A program made the position numbers and the translations under genes. The notes beneath the pieces are model-generated. The model was not told the origin of the DNA. It ran no database searches and was given only the letters and a program-made list of their open reading frames with translations. This document shows positions 34,713 to 35,166 of a DNA stretch of 35,166 nt, one piece after another; the first letter of the stretch is position 1; every line of letters begins with the position of its first letter. The DNA is from a virus (Duplodnaviria; Caudoviricetes), in IMG/VR virus record IMGVR_UViG_3300020045_002955, positions 1 through 35,166 of that record, one strand, 5' to 3'.

Positions 34713-35166
34713 TCAAAGTTTGGTTTTCAAAGTTTGGATGATTTCGAGCATTTCATTGCTCATCTGCCCTGCGGTTTGCTGCTTCTCGGTTTCATAATCA
34801 CTACGAACCCGCCTCACAAGCTGGCATACCAGAGCGGTCGCCATCGACTTTGAAAAACCACCAACTTCCCGAAGGTAGTCCTCGTAGTCTGAAAGGGTTG
34901 TTAAGCCCTCCAAATCCGCCTTAACAGCGGTAATCAGTGCCTGGCCCTCGCAAGGAAAAGACACGATTGATGTCTCCATCAGAGACATATTCTTGATAAC
35001 CCGGCCCCGGCCTTTCTGCTCCCAGTCGCCAGGGTTCATCGTGAAACCGATAGACAGACCGTCCATCGCCCCGCGCTTCAGTGCGGAGAGTACGGTTGGG
35101 CCGTCCTTGTGATTCAGGTCAATCTTACCAGCAGCCAGGAGGCCGTGATGGTCGGCTGGGTGGTAT
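34713..35166 (-). CDS. prohead protease, HK97 family (5' truncated by window)
   Basis: GAMDGLSIGF and LMETSIVSFP motifs; frame open to the window edge. Confidence 0.9.
   Translation of the reverse strand, partial: YHPADHHGLLAAGKIDLNHKDGPTVLSALKRGAMDGLSIGFTMNPGDWEQKGRGRVIKNMSLMETSIVSFPCEGQALITAVKADLEGLTTLSDYEDYLREVGGFSKSMATALVCQLVRRVRSDYETEKQQTAGQMSNEMLEIIQTLKTKL

Overview
Most of a temperate lambdoid/HK97-type siphovirus genome, apparently in excised (non-integrated) gene order; terminase and portal lie outside the window. On the minus strand from the right edge: prohead protease, major capsid, HNH endonuclease, a glycosyltransferase/methyltransferase cluster, head-tail genes, tail tube, tail chaperones (-1 frameshift), tape measure and tail tip. 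A plus-strand early-left arm (C5 methylase-like, RecT, catalytic-only tyrosine recombinase) converges on the tail. Then come a cI/cro switch with four operators, replication/nin genes, Q, lysis genes and a post-lysis block of beta-helix/repeat proteins. The standout is a self-contained 2.2-kb cassette (28252-30434, minus strand) inside the glycosylation cluster: promoter, stand-alone Cas7/RAMP-like gene, 152-aa partner gene, array of GGA-NN pentamers punctuated by GGCA, XRE HTH gene, second GGA-NN array, terminator. It looks like a phage-encoded RNA-guided system whose guide information sits in the variable NN dinucleotides (VIPR-like from my unverified recollection, but GGA rather than GGY). 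Also notable: a probable second programmed -1 frameshift fusing the small post-capsid protein to a glycan-enzyme domain, and an inverted ~450-bp left end. All family assignments are by motif recognition; no searches were run.
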